64,000 nt of DNA from an uncultured Phycisphaerales bacterium (GCA_963755915.1 CAVWLP010000003.1:960001-1024000); one strand, 5' to 3'. Numbered from the stretch's first letter, positions 26,066-36,753 are shown. Made by a program: numbers and translations. Notes: generated by a model not told the origin, from the sequence alone.

Positions 26066-27556
26066 ATGAAACGCCGCTGGCTCATCCTCGGCCTCTCTGC
26101 CGTCAGCATCGTCGCCGCCGGCGCCGCCTACGTCGGCCTGCGCAAGCCCGCCGTTGCCACCACCCTCCCCGACGACACTTACGTCGCCACCGTCGCCCGC
26201 GGCGACCTCACGCAGGGTGTCAGCGCCGCCGGCTCCGTCTCCTCCAATCTCGACGTCGACATCCGCTGCCGCGCCAGCGGCGAAGTCATCGAGCTCCCCT
26301 ACGACATCGGCGACTTCGTCAAAAAAGGCGCCGTTCTGATGAAGCTTGACCCCGCGGATGAAATCGTCGCCCTTCGCGAGGCGCAGGTGACGATGGATCA
26401 GGACACCTCCAAGCTCGAAGTCGCCCGCAAAACCGTCGAGGAGGCCGAGCTTGATCTCGACACCGCTACTTACAAAGCCGCCGCCGACGTCCAATCGGAG
26501 AAAGTCAAAACCATCAACGCCCGCAAAAAGTCCGATCGGCAGCTCGATCTGCTCAATCGCGCCCTCAGCTCCCAGGAGCAATATGAGACCGCCGAATCCG
26601 ACGCCGCCGAGGCTGAGGACGAATACCAGGCCGCCGTGGTCGCCCAGCGCCAGCTTAAAAGCCAGGCCGTCGATCTCGAAGTGAAAAAAGAGCAGATCAA
26701 ACAGGCCCAGCAGCAGGTCGAGCTCGACCAGGTCGCCCTCGACAACGCCAACCTCCAGCTTCAGTACACCACCGTCTTCTGCCCCCTCGACGGCGTCCTT
26801 TCCGACCTGGAAACCCAGAAGGGCTCCCTGATCGCCTCTTCCCTCAGCACGGTAGGCGGCACCACCGTCATGACCGTCTCCGACCTCTCACGCATCTTCG
26901 TCCTCGCTTCCGTCGACGAAGCCGACATCGGCGGCGTCCAGCTCGGCCAGCACTGCCTCATCACCGCCGACGCATATCCCCGCCGCCAGTTTTCCGGCAC
27001 GGTGGTGCGCATCGCCCCGCAGGGTGAAAGCACCCGCAACGTCGTCACTTTCGAAGTCAAAATCGAAGTCACCGATGAAGACAAGCAGCTTCTGCGCCCG
27101 GAAATGACCGCCGACGTGCAGATCATCGCCGCCACCCGGCATGATGTCGTCCTCGCCCCCATGCTCGCGCTCTTCGACAAGGACGACAACAATTTCATCA
27201 CCATCGTTAAGGACATCGACAAGACCGAAGACCGCCAGGTCCAACTCGGCATCGACGATGGCGAAAACGCCGAAATCCTTTCCGGACTTTCCGCCGGTGA
27301 AAAAATCCTCGTCCATCACAACGATGCCGACAGCAAATGGATGGGCACCCATGGCAAAAGCACCGGCACCGTCAAAAAGAAAAACGCCGACAAAAAGAAA
27401 TCCAACAAAAACAGCGGCAGCGACGCAAACGCCAACGACGATTCCTCCACCAATTCAAAAGACAAAAAGAACAAGGACGCCTCGAAGACCGACAAGAAGA
27501 ATTCAAAAAAGAAAAACCAAAACTCCGACGACACGGACGACGACGACAACTCCTAA
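26066..27556 (+). CDS. MacA-like periplasmic adaptor with Lys/Asp-rich tail
   Basis: N-terminal TM; GDFVKKG, CPLDG, VDEADIG, LRPEMTADV. Confidence 0.88.
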   Translation: MKRRWLILGLSAVSIVAAGAAYVGLRKPAVATTLPDDTYVATVARGDLTQGVSAAGSVSSNLDVDIRCRASGEVIELPYDIGDFVKKGAVLMKLDPADEIVALREAQVTMDQDTSKLEVARKTVEEAELDLDTATYKAAADVQSEKVKTINARKKSDRQLDLLNRALSSQEQYETAESDAAEAEDEYQAAVVAQRQLKSQAVDLEVKKEQIKQAQQQVELDQVALDNANLQLQYTTVFCPLDGVLSDLETQKGSLIASSLSTVGGTTVMTVSDLSRIFVLASVDEADIGGVQLGQHCLITADAYPRRQFSGTVVRIAPQGESTRNVVTFEVKIEVTDEDKQLLRPEMTADVQIIAATRHDVVLAPMLALFDKDDNNFITIVKDIDKTEDRQVQLGIDDGENAEILSGLSAGEKILVHHNDADSKWMGTHGKSTGTVKKKNADKKKSNKNSGSDANANDDSSTNSKDKKNKDASKTDKKNSKKKNQNSDDTDDDDNS

Positions 27557-27662
27557 ACCGGCGGACGCAATGAAAACAAATCCCCCTCCCCGTTTAGCCG
27601 CAACCCCGCAGGGGTGCGCGTTCCCCCCGTCCCAGATCCGTGGTCCTCTATTTAAAGCCACA

Positions 27663-28866
27663 ATGTTCTTCTGGATGATCATCAAGGTCGCCTTCAAAAG
27701 CCTGTTTGCCAACAAGCTTCGTTCGGTCCTTTCGATCCTTGGCGTCATCGTCGGCGTCGCCGCGGTTATCGCAATGCTCGCCATCGTCAGCGGCTTCCAC
27801 ACCTGGGCCATGAACCGAATCAAATCCTTCGGCGCCAACCAGCTCGTCGTCGAGCCCGGCGGACGCGGCAGCGGTGGCGTCATCAGCGGAACCCAGCAAA
27901 ACCTCACCGTCGATGACGCCCTCGCACTCTGCCAGATTCCCCACGTCCAGGCTGTCTCACCCCTCGTCGAGGGCGGCGCCCAGGCCAAGTACCGCAACCA
28001 CAACACCTCCACCGACGTCCTCGGCTGCGCCACCCACCTTCCTCATGATCGGCAATTACCAACTCGACCACGGCGTCATGTTCTCGGATGATGACGACGA
28101 CCGCGCCGCCCATGTCGCCGTCCTGACCAAAACCGTCGCCACGGAACTCTTCGCAAAATCCGACCCCGTCGGTAAAACCATCAAAATCTACGGCATCAAC
28201 TTCCGCGTCGTCGGCGAAGTCGAAAATCGCGGCGGTGGCGAGGGATATTCCGAATCCGAAATCTTCATCCCCCACACCACCGCTATGCACACGCTCCTCG
28301 GCATACCCTACCTCGGCGAAATCTTCATCGAAGCCGAAGACGGCAGCGACCTCATGGCCGTCGAACGCGACCTCGTCGAAACACTCCGCAACCGCCACAA
28401 GATTCTCCCCGGCGCCCCCGACGACGTGCGCGTCTATAATCAGGCCCGCTTCATCGAAACCGTCGACCAGTGGAGCAAAACCGCCGCCATTCTCCTGGGC
28501 TCGGTCGCCACCATCTCCCTGCTCGTCGGCGGCGTGGGGATCATGAACATCATGCTCGCCAGCGTCACCGAGCGGACGCGCGAGATCGGCGTGCGAAAAG
28601 CCGTCGGCGCCCGCGAGTTCGACATCCTGTGCCAGTTCCTGATCGAAGCCATCATCATCAGCATCACCGGCGGATTCACCGGCGTCGCACTGGGCATCGG
28701 CGTCGCCTGGCTCGTGCAAAACCTCACCGTCTTCACCACCCAGGTGGAACCCTCCAGCATCCTCCTCGCCCTCGGCTTCTCCGCGGCCGTGGGAATATTC
28801 TTCGGGTTCTACCCCGCACGCCGGGCATCGCGCCTCGATCCGATTGAGGCGCTGAGGTATGAGTGA
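27663..28866 (+). CDS. MacB-like ABC permease, frameshift near 28035
   Basis: NKLRSVLSILGVIVGV, GGVGIMNIMLASVTERTREIG, LDPIEALRYE. Confidence 0.88.
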
Positions 28867-29540
28867 AGGGCGTGGGAAGATTGTTTCTGCCAATGGACTG
28901 ATGATTTGCCGGCGGAGGCTCAAATACAAAACTTTACACTCCGCAACAAAATGGGTGGGTTGGGGGGATTTGGGCAAGGCGTTTTGCGGCCGTTGGACAC
29001 TGTTTTATCACTTGTGGATATTTTTGTGGAATTCGCCGGGGAGCGGGCTCGCAGGATTCGTAAACCTCACGGATCGCCCGGAGCGTCCGCGCGGACCCGA
29101 AATACATTACTGCGTCGTATCACTGACTGGCTAATCCGTGATGTCCCCCTACCGCTATCCCCCCACCACTATGTTTTTTCGCCGGCGTAAAACGAATAGT
29201 GAGCCGCAGTATTGGCACCGAACCAGCGGCTCATGATCGACGAGGCGGGGGCTTGCACCGCAATCGGGGCACTGAGCGCGGCCGGTGTGGAAGAGGGACA
29301 GCGGGACGGAGCCGGGCGGGTTCACTTCGGCCATGGTAGTGAGGTGGGATGGGGTTGCGAAATGTAGGATGAACCGGGACGGGATGAAGCGAGACGAGTG
29401 GCTTCCGAAAACCGCTCACGTCCGGGTTTCATTCTCCACGTCCCGGTTTCATTCTCTAAGCGCAACTGGCCTGATGTATTGTCCTCGCCCGTGGGCCACG
29501 CTTGCCAGCCGCACCCCGCGCGTCACAATGGAGCAAGCGT

Positions 29541-29894
29541 ATGCCTGCATACCTCATCTCAATCTGTAAAGGCGTTTCGAACCGCGCAGCGCTAGAGGAC
29601 TATTGGGCCAATGCCCGCCCTACGTTTGAGGGTACAAACGCGACTCCTCTTGTCGCCTACAAGCCATTTGAAATGCTCGAGGGAACGGGCCCTGTCGAGG
29701 GTATCGTATTGTTCGAGTTTCCCTCGATGGAGGTCGCAAGACACTGGTATCACAGCAAAGCATACCAAGACGTGAAACGAAAGAGGGAAGGAGCGGCGGA
29801 GTTTCAGTTGATCCTCGTGGAGGGCGGGTGGGTTGCCGCGGACGAGAGGATGCCTGCAACAAAGGGGAATACTAAACGGAACAGCTCTGAATAA
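29541..29894 (+). CDS. DUF1330-family protein
   Basis: MPAYLI, LEG, LFEFPSMEVARHWYHSKAYQ. Confidence 0.8.
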   Translation: MPAYLISICKGVSNRAALEDYWANARPTFEGTNATPLVAYKPFEMLEGTGPVEGIVLFEFPSMEVARHWYHSKAYQDVKRKREGAAEFQLILVEGGWVAADERMPATKGNTKRNSSE

Positions 29895-29985
29895 CGCGGC
29901 AGTCAACTGCGAACAGCAAAGCGATCGAGTTTCTCTTCCATTCCAGCCGAATATTTTCTACGTTCCTTTGTCACGGACCATCCAG

Positions 29986-30261
29986 ATGAATTACCAAGAC
30001 GATGACAACGACGAGGACTTCGACGACCCGCAAACCCCGGAATTGGCGGACGTTGACGAGGATTCAGTCGATACCGAACGGTGCCCCGGCTGCGGCAAGG
30101 CCGTTTACGAAGAGGCGGAAATCTGTCCCCATTGTCGCAACTATATTTCGCGTGAGGATTCCCTTCCTCCCCGCAAGCCAATCTGGATCATTATCGTTGC
30201 GGTCGCCGCCCTGGTTGCCGTAATCGTGGTGTGGGTGATTCTCGGACTATCCAGGAACTGA
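29986..30261 (+). CDS. Small zinc-ribbon membrane protein
   Basis: Acidic N-terminus, CPGC-x10-CPHC, C-terminal TM. Confidence 0.7.
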   Translation: MNYQDDDNDEDFDDPQTPELADVDEDSVDTERCPGCGKAVYEEAEICPHCRNYISREDSLPPRKPIWIIIVAVAALVAVIVVWVILGLSRN

Positions 30262-30351
30262 ATACCTCATCGAGGGCTCGAGCGGGGACGCGAGCCCTTC
30301 GGAAAGGGCTCACGTATCGGTTCCATTTTCTCCTTCGTCGGACCACCCGTC

Positions 30352-30738
30352 TCACTTCCTCATCTCCTCCCTCATCTCCGCAATATGCACTTCCAGCTCC
30401 TTCAGCCGCATTTCCAAATGAAGGCGTGCGCTGGTGAGGTAATACCAGAGCTTGATAAAAACCAGCCCGGCCAGCGCAGCGGTCGCGATGAACAGACCGG
30501 CGGGCATTTCATCCGATTTCGGGTCGAAGACAATAATCCACGCCCCAAGCAGCAGCGGCACTGCATAAAAAAGGTGCCAGGCCAACGTCCAGTGCCACGT
30601 TCTGCGGACTGCTTTTTCGTTCTGCTGTTTAACCAGTTCCATAATCTTTTTAACCTCCGCGCCGCCGGCAGCCTGCCCGGGAGCTGGCTCGCCCGACTGC
30701 GCAAATTCAGATTTGATCTTCTGATCCACTTCATCCAT
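30352..30738 (-). CDS. Two-TM protein, candidate anti-sigma partner
   Basis: Overlaps the ECF sigma stop; two TMs ending IKLWYY...LKELE. Confidence 0.6.
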   Translation of the reverse strand: MDEVDQKIKSEFAQSGEPAPGQAAGGAEVKKIMELVKQQNEKAVRRTWHWTLAWHLFYAVPLLLGAWIIVFDPKSDEMPAGLFIATAALAGLVFIKLWYYLTSARLHLEMRLKELEVHIAEMREEMRK

Positions 30739-31276
30739 GGCTCTGACATCCCATCTCCCGCCGCACATGCTCCCGGGCATAATGCAGGCGGGATTTGACC
30801 GTTCCGATTTTCACCTCCAGCGCCGCCGCAATCTGCTCCACGTCCCACCCTTCCATATAGTGCAGCGTCAAAACCTCGCGATGCTCAACGGATAAAACCC
30901 GCATCATTCGCTCAAGGTCGCCCGGCGATTGCGAAAGATCAGGCTCGCTCTTCGCGTCCGCCAGCCCGGCGTCGTCTCCATCGCGGCGGGATCGCCGGCG
31001 GCGATTGACCCAATTCACACATTCGCGCCCGACGATTTTGTAGACCCAGAAATCGAACATCGATGCGCTCTTCAATTTCGTGATCCCCTTCACGACACCC
31101 ACCCACGCCTCCTGCACGGCTTCTTCAGCTCCGTGCTGGTCTCCGGTCAGCCGCCGGGCATGGGCAAGCAGCCGGCCATGCCAACGCTGCACCAAATCAC
31201 TCAGAGCCTCGCCATCGCGCGCCTGGGCTCTCAGGACGAGCAACTCCTGATGAAGGTCCTCACTCGCTTTGCCCAT
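30731..31276 (-). CDS. ECF RNA polymerase sigma factor
   Basis: AEEAVQEAW, IAAALEVKIGTVKSRLHYAR. Confidence 0.9.
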   Translation of the reverse strand: MGKASEDLHQELLVLRAQARDGEALSDLVQRWHGRLLAHARRLTGDQHGAEEAVQEAWVGVVKGITKLKSASMFDFWVYKIVGRECVNWVNRRRRSRRDGDDAGLADAKSEPDLSQSPGDLERMMRVLSVEHREVLTLHYMEGWDVEQIAAALEVKIGTVKSRLHYAREHVRREMGCQSHG

Positions 31277-31602
31277 GCCGTACCTCAATAGTCCCGGCAG
31301 ATCGTCGCCAGGTTCAACCCAAACACCATAAACGCGTCAAATTTCGTTCTCCATCTTCACCATCCTTCCCAGCTTGTTGCCGACTGTTACCTTTTGTACC
31401 GCATGCTCCCCACGCAGAATGTATTAGGCGTCCCGCCAAATCTTTTGCCCGTCGCGCAAGATTCGCTTTCCACCCCGGTAACCCCCACGTGAAACAAAAG
31501 CGGACAACGACGGCGGCAAACACCTTTCGGAACTGTTTCCGATCACCGCCCGGCAAAACCGCAACGCAACAACCATTTGCCCTTTCGGGCAGGAGCTTGA
31601 AC

Positions 31603-31977
31603 ATGAAACGGATCACCTGGGTTCTGGCCGCGGCGATGACTTCCGGCCTCGCAAGCCTTCTCCCCACTGCCGCACACGCCCGCGCCATTGACGGCCCCCG
31701 CGCTGATATCGCCAACGTCGACGCCAACGGCGCAAATCGCTATTACATCGAATTTTACGGCGGTGAAACCGGCGTCGTCCGCGTCGTCGGCGACGGCGAT
31801 ACCAACCTGGAAGTCAAGGTCTACGATGCCAACGGAAACCTCATCACTACCGACTCCGACAATGATGGCAGCGGCTACTGTGAAGTCCACTTCCTCCCCT
31901 ACTACACCCAAAACTTCACCATCCGCGTCATCAATCATGGAGACGTCTACAACCACTACACCCTGAAGACGAACTAA
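31603..31977 (+). CDS. Small secreted beta-sandwich (PPC-like) protein
   Basis: Signal peptide ending AHA; GDGDTNLEVKVYDANGNLI; AGGAG RBS. Confidence 0.65.
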   Translation: MKRITWVLAAAMTSGLASLLPTAAHARAIDGPRADIANVDANGANRYYIEFYGGETGVVRVVGDGDTNLEVKVYDANGNLITTDSDNDGSGYCEVHFLPYYTQNFTIRVINHGDVYNHYTLKTN

Positions 31978-32013
31978 CTTCGCCTTCACCAGCAGCCTTA
32001 CGCCATCCCTCCC

Positions 32014-32048
32014 GCCCGCCTCGGCATAACCACCGCGGCGGGCTTTTT
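32014..32048 (+). terminator. Intrinsic terminator
   Basis: gcccgcc...ggcgggc followed by ttttt. Confidence 0.65.
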
Positions 32049-32161
32049 AATTGATTGGTTTGCAACCACTTACAAACCGCCCCGCTTAGAAAGTCCCGCC
32101 TGCTTTATACCCGCGCAGGCTCGCCTCCCGCCCCCGGTAGCTCCCCGCAAAGGAGATCACC

Positions 32162-33592
32162 ATGACACGAACAACGAAAAACACTCGCGGAAACAAGAGC
32201 ATTCAACGCGGCGTCTTTAGCGCCCTGGAAAACCTGGAATCACGCCAGATGTTTTCCGCCCAGCCGTTTTCGATTTACACGGTTCCAATCGGCGGCGGCA
32301 GCACGGAACTGGTCTGCCAAATGACAGCGTCGTCCCAGCAGATGTCCGTCGTCCGCAGCCCGGATGGAATTCAGTTCAACCTCAACGGCCAGGTCGACGA
32401 CATCGCCGGCAACTTCGCCTATCTCTCAATCATCGCCCAGGGCGGCAACAACAGCATCGTCATCGGCCCCAACATGCTCACCCCCACGTGCGTCTGGGCC
32501 GGCAACGGCGACGACGTCATCTCCACCGGCGCCAACAACGACGACCTCCGCGCCACCGGCGGCGACACCACCCTCGTCGCCATGGGCGGAACCGACAACC
32601 AGCTCTTTGGCGGCTGGGGCTACACCAACATCTGGGAAACCGAAACCGGAAACTATTACTCCTACGGCTCCGGCCAAACCGTCGTCCACAACATCAATTC
32701 GTTCATCAACACCGACGACACCACCCTCGACGGCGCGACGTTCAACGAGCCGCTAACCAATACCCAGTCTCCGCTGAATGATCCGGGTACGGCCAATGTT
32801 TCCAACCTGCCGCTCTTTGGCAGCACCGGGCCGACCTATTACGACATCAACCAGGGCATGTGCGGCGACTGCTATTTCCTCTCCACGCTCTCCTCCGTGG
32901 CCTTCCGGGATCCGCAGGCTATCCAAAACATGATTACGCCGCTTGGCGACGGGACGTATATGGTTGAATTCTTCAACAACGGCACGCCGGAATACGTTCG
33001 TGAGGACGGAATTCTGCCGACCGATTACGGCAACCTGGCCTACGCCGGCCTGGGCTCCGACGGCAGCACGTGGGTTGCCCTGACGGAAAAAGCCTGGGCG
33101 TATTTTGAGCCGGCCCAGAGCGGCGAGGCGCCCAGCTACGGCGCCATGGAAGGCGGCAATGCCGACCCGGTTTACGCGGCCCTGGGCGCTTCGAACATTC
33201 AGGGTACGTTTTACAATGGAGAGCAGTTGGGCTCTTCCGCCTTCGGCAATGAGACGAATTTTGTCGCGTGGGTCGCCTGGGAACTGAACCAGGGCAACGC
33301 GATCAGCATCGGGTTCGGTAACGGCGAACCAGACTCGCAGTCCGAGTTCTCGATCCCGGGAATTCTGTATAACAATCACGAGTATTCGCTGCTCGGCGAT
33401 TCGGTCAACAGCGTAGGCCAGGTGACCGGCTTCTGGGTGCGCAACCCCTGGGGCGTTGACCTCGAGGATTCCGACGGCAACCCTTACATGACCCCCACCG
33501 GCCACAACGATGGGACCGATGACGGAATGGTTTGGGTTTCGGTCGATCAGGCGTGGTCGGTTATGAGCGACATCGGCGCCGCGACGGTGTGA
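32162..33592 (+). CDS. Calpain-like (C2) cysteine protease with LEPRxLL-type N-terminal motif
   Basis: LENLESRQMFS; QGMCGDCYFLS, WVALTEKAWA, HEYS, RNPWG. Confidence 0.85.
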   Translation: MTRTTKNTRGNKSIQRGVFSALENLESRQMFSAQPFSIYTVPIGGGSTELVCQMTASSQQMSVVRSPDGIQFNLNGQVDDIAGNFAYLSIIAQGGNNSIVIGPNMLTPTCVWAGNGDDVISTGANNDDLRATGGDTTLVAMGGTDNQLFGGWGYTNIWETETGNYYSYGSGQTVVHNINSFINTDDTTLDGATFNEPLTNTQSPLNDPGTANVSNLPLFGSTGPTYYDINQGMCGDCYFLSTLSSVAFRDPQAIQNMITPLGDGTYMVEFFNNGTPEYVREDGILPTDYGNLAYAGLGSDGSTWVALTEKAWAYFEPAQSGEAPSYGAMEGGNADPVYAALGASNIQGTFYNGEQLGSSAFGNETNFVAWVAWELNQGNAISIGFGNGEPDSQSEFSIPGILYNNHEYSLLGDSVNSVGQVTGFWVRNPWGVDLEDSDGNPYMTPTGHNDGTDDGMVWVSVDQAWSVMSDIGAATV

Positions 33593-33616
33593 ATGACGCT
33601 TCAATTTCGTGCAGGA

Positions 33617-33654
33617 AATCCTCCCCTGGCTTCGTCCGGGGGAGGATTGTTTTT
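33617..33654. terminator. Hairpin terminator between convergent genes
   Basis: aatcctcccc...ggggaggatt followed by gttttt. Confidence 0.65.
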
Positions 33655-34879
33655 ACCTGACGATGACTTTGCTGATGGTGAAGATCGGCAGCATCAGGGC
33701 GAGCACGACGGTACCGATGATCGCTCCCATCACCCCAATCATGATCGGCTCGATGTAGCGGGTCATGTCGGCGATCGAATGCTTCAGCTCATCCTCGGCA
33801 TAGGCCGCCACCAGCTCCATCACCTGCGCCAGCTTTCCGCTTTTTTCGGCGCTGCTGAGCATCTGGGCGACCGATCGCGGGACCAGCGGATTAGCGAACA
33901 GCGGCTCGGAAAATTGCTTACCGGCCTGGATCTGCTTGGAAACTTCATCCCACAAATCGCGGTAGTAGGAATTCCTGGAAAGGTCGTGGGCGGTCTTCAC
34001 GCAATCGACGAGGCCCACGCCGCCCCCGGCCATTGTTCCCACCAGCCGCAGGCCGCGCGAGAGGTTTATCTTGCGAAACAGCGGACCAAAAAGGGGAATA
34101 TTCAGTTGCACAAAATCAAATATTCGAGCGCCCCTTGGATGGCGCAGGCCGAAAAACAGGCCCACCCCGACGGTTCCAAGCGTCATCAGGATAAAAGGCC
34201 ACTGAGTCACGATGAAACTGCTGATAGCCATGAGCACGATCGTCGGCCCAGGCAGCGCCGCCTTCTTCGCCGCGTAAATCGCGGTGAATTTTGGCAGAAC
34301 GAAGGTCAGCAGAAACGTCGTTGTCGACAGTGCGAAGCACATCATGATCGCGGGATACGTCAGCGCCCCGCGTACCCGGCGGATCGTTTCATGTTCATCG
34401 CGCAGGTAATTCGTCGCCCGCTGGAGGAGCTTAGCCATCATGCCGCTCTTTTCGCTGGCGCTGATCAGCGCCACAAAGAGCCGGGGAAACGCCCGCGGAT
34501 GCTTCAGCAGCGCCGAGCTGAAATCCGAACCCCCGTGCACCTCCTGGCAAACCTCCTGCACGATCCGCTTCACATTCGGCTTCTCCGCCTGCTGCCCGAT
34601 GCATTCGAGAGCTTCGCTGAGGGTAACGCCGGTGTCGACCATGATCGCAAGCTGCGTCGCGACGTGGATCAGGTCCTTGCGCGACATGCGAATGCCGCGG
34701 CCGCCGATCCTCGCTCCGGCGGCCCCGGCAGCCGCCACCGCGCCTGCCTGCCGGACGGACGTGGGATATTTTCCCTCCGCGCGGATCATCTGTGTCGCCT
34801 GCGCGAGCGAGTCCGCTACCATCGTCCCCGTGAGGGGAGCGCCGGTCTGATCGCGAGCGGAATAGGCAAACGTGGGCAT
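33653..34879 (-). CDS. PilC/GspF platform protein
   Basis: QLAIMVDTGV, ASEKSG, ALTYP, AEKSG, IEP. Confidence 0.92.
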   Translation of the reverse strand: MPTFAYSARDQTGAPLTGTMVADSLAQATQMIRAEGKYPTSVRQAGAVAAAGAAGARIGGRGIRMSRKDLIHVATQLAIMVDTGVTLSEALECIGQQAEKPNVKRIVQEVCQEVHGGSDFSSALLKHPRAFPRLFVALISASEKSGMMAKLLQRATNYLRDEHETIRRVRGALTYPAIMMCFALSTTTFLLTFVLPKFTAIYAAKKAALPGPTIVLMAISSFIVTQWPFILMTLGTVGVGLFFGLRHPRGARIFDFVQLNIPLFGPLFRKINLSRGLRLVGTMAGGGVGLVDCVKTAHDLSRNSYYRDLWDEVSKQIQAGKQFSEPLFANPLVPRSVAQMLSSAEKSGKLAQVMELVAAYAEDELKHSIADMTRYIEPIMIGVMGAIIGTVVLALMLPIFTISKVIVR

Positions 34880-34913
34880 AAAACTCTCACACTCACTCTC
34901 ATCCCCTCTTTAT

Positions 34914-35038
34914 CCCCTCTCCCAGTACTCTGGGAGAGGGTTAGGGTGAGGGCCTGAAAAAATCATCGGCGCGTTTGCGCGATCCTCATTTTTACTCCGC
35001 CCTCACCCCTGCCCTCTCCCAGGGTACTGGGAGAGGGG
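34914..35038. repeat. Inverted pair of 40-bp CCCTCTCCC/GGGTGAGGG REP-like elements (34914-34953, 34999-35038)
   Basis: cccctctcccagtactctgggagagggttagggtgagggc and its near reverse complement. Confidence 0.88.
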
Positions 35039-35042
35039 GTAA

Positions 35043-36746
35043 TTACGCCGTTACGCGGTAAATTTCTTCAAGCGTCGTTATCCCGGCCTTTACCTTCTCC
35101 ATCCCATCGCCGCGCAGGGTAATCACTCCCTGCTTCTTGGCATGAGCGCGAAGATCGTTCAGTGTCGCCCCCTGGCTGATCAGTTCGATCATCTCGTCGT
35201 CCGGTACGAGCAGCTCATAAATCCCAATGCGCCCGGTGAATCCCAGATTCCTGCACTGCTGGCACCCTTTGGCCCTGAAGAGAGTGTCGATATTTCCCGC
35301 CAACCGCTCGATCTGCCGGCGCTCGTTGGGATTCGGCGTATACGACTCCTTGCAATGCTGACAGAGTTTTCGCACCAGCCGCTGCGCCATCACGCCGACA
35401 AGCGTCGCCCCAACCAGATAAGGCTCGGTGCCAAGGTTATATAGACGCGTAATCGCACCCGGCGCATCATTCGTATGCAGCGTGCTGAGCACCAGGTGCC
35501 CCGTGAGCGCGGCCTGCGTCGCCAGTTTCGATGTCTCCATATCACGGATTTCGCCCACCATCAAAATATCCGGATCCTGCCGAAGCAGCGACCGCAGCGC
35601 CCCGGCAAACGTAAACCCGGCCTTTTCATTCACCTGAAACTGGTTGACGCCCGTAAGCGCATATTCGATGGGGTCCTCGACCGTGCAGATGTTCACCTCG
35701 GCATTGTTCAATTCCTGGAGCGACGCATAGAGCGTCGTGCTCTTGCCCGACCCCGTCGGACCCGTCACCAGTACGATGCCGTTGGGCAGACTAATCAGCT
35801 TTCGCCACGCCTTCAGCGTGTCATATTCGAACCCCAGCTTTTCCAGATTCACCGAGGCCCGCTCGTTGTCGATTATGCGGATCACGACTTTTTCGCCATG
35901 CTTCGCGGGCATGGTCGAAACGCGCAGATCGACCGGCCGCTTCTCCATCATGACGTGAATGCCGCCGTCCTGCGGCAGGCGCCTCTCCGAAATATCCAGC
36001 CCCGCCATAATCTTGATTCGGCTTGCCACGGCGGCGTGCATCTGATGCGGCGGACGTAGCTTCTCGACCAGGCAACCGTCGATCCGATAGCGAATCCGCA
36101 AAAAATTGTCTCCCGGCTCCACGTGAACGTCGCTGGCCCCTTCTTTCACCGCGTTGTAGATGACGTAATTCACCAGCTTGATGACCGGCGAATCTCCTGC
36201 CGCCGCCTCCAGGTTTACAACGTCCTGAACCGGCTGCTCGATGACGTTGAATTCCTCCGGCTCAACCTCCTCGATAATGTCGTCGATGACGAAGACCTTG
36301 TCGTTGGGCAGGTAGGCCTGGAGCGTGCTCTTGATGTCGCGCACCGTCGCCGCGACCACCTGCACCTGGTAGCCGCTCAGACGCTCGATCTCTTCCAAAA
36401 GAAATACGTTCGCCGGCTCCGGAACCGCGATCGTCAACACGCCCTCGACCAGATAAAGCGGCAGAGTCTGATGCTTCTCGAGGAAATCCTTCGGCAAAAC
36501 CTGGATGACCTTCGGGTCCGCGATCTTGGGGCTCACCCGCGCGTAGGGCACGGAATAGGCCTGCGCCAGCGTTTCCACGATCTGGTCTTCCGTGCAGAAA
36601 TGCAGCTCGACCAGCACTTCCCCCAGCAGCTTTTGATGCCCCGTGCGCTTCTGCTCATCGAGGGCGCGCTCGAGCTGCGCCTGCTGGATCAATCCCTTGC
36701 CAATCAGGAGCTGCCCCAGAGGTTTTCGTTCCATCGTGGTAACCAT
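35043..36746 (-). CDS. PilB/GspE assembly ATPase with MshEN-like N-terminus
   Basis: LGQLLIGKGLI...LLGEVLV; ASDVHVEP, GPTGSGKSTT, LRQDPD, TGHLVLSTLHTN, two CxxC. Confidence 0.95.
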   Translation of the reverse strand: MVTTMERKPLGQLLIGKGLIQQAQLERALDEQKRTGHQKLLGEVLVELHFCTEDQIVETLAQAYSVPYARVSPKIADPKVIQVLPKDFLEKHQTLPLYLVEGVLTIAVPEPANVFLLEEIERLSGYQVQVVAATVRDIKSTLQAYLPNDKVFVIDDIIEEVEPEEFNVIEQPVQDVVNLEAAAGDSPVIKLVNYVIYNAVKEGASDVHVEPGDNFLRIRYRIDGCLVEKLRPPHQMHAAVASRIKIMAGLDISERRLPQDGGIHVMMEKRPVDLRVSTMPAKHGEKVVIRIIDNERASVNLEKLGFEYDTLKAWRKLISLPNGIVLVTGPTGSGKSTTLYASLQELNNAEVNICTVEDPIEYALTGVNQFQVNEKAGFTFAGALRSLLRQDPDILMVGEIRDMETSKLATQAALTGHLVLSTLHTNDAPGAITRLYNLGTEPYLVGATLVGVMAQRLVRKLCQHCKESYTPNPNERRQIERLAGNIDTLFRAKGCQQCRNLGFTGRIGIYELLVPDDEMIELISQGATLNDLRAHAKKQGVITLRGDGMEKVKAGITTLEEIYRVTA

Positions 36747-36753
36747 GGGTGGC

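Noticed and set aside
29005-29033. DnaA boxes or replication origin
   Set aside because: Only two imperfect TGTGGA matches, with no AT-rich unwinding element or dnaA context.
31440-31600. c-di-GMP riboswitch upstream of the secreted protein
   Set aside because: GGCAAA is present but the paired GNRA and receptor stems could not be found.
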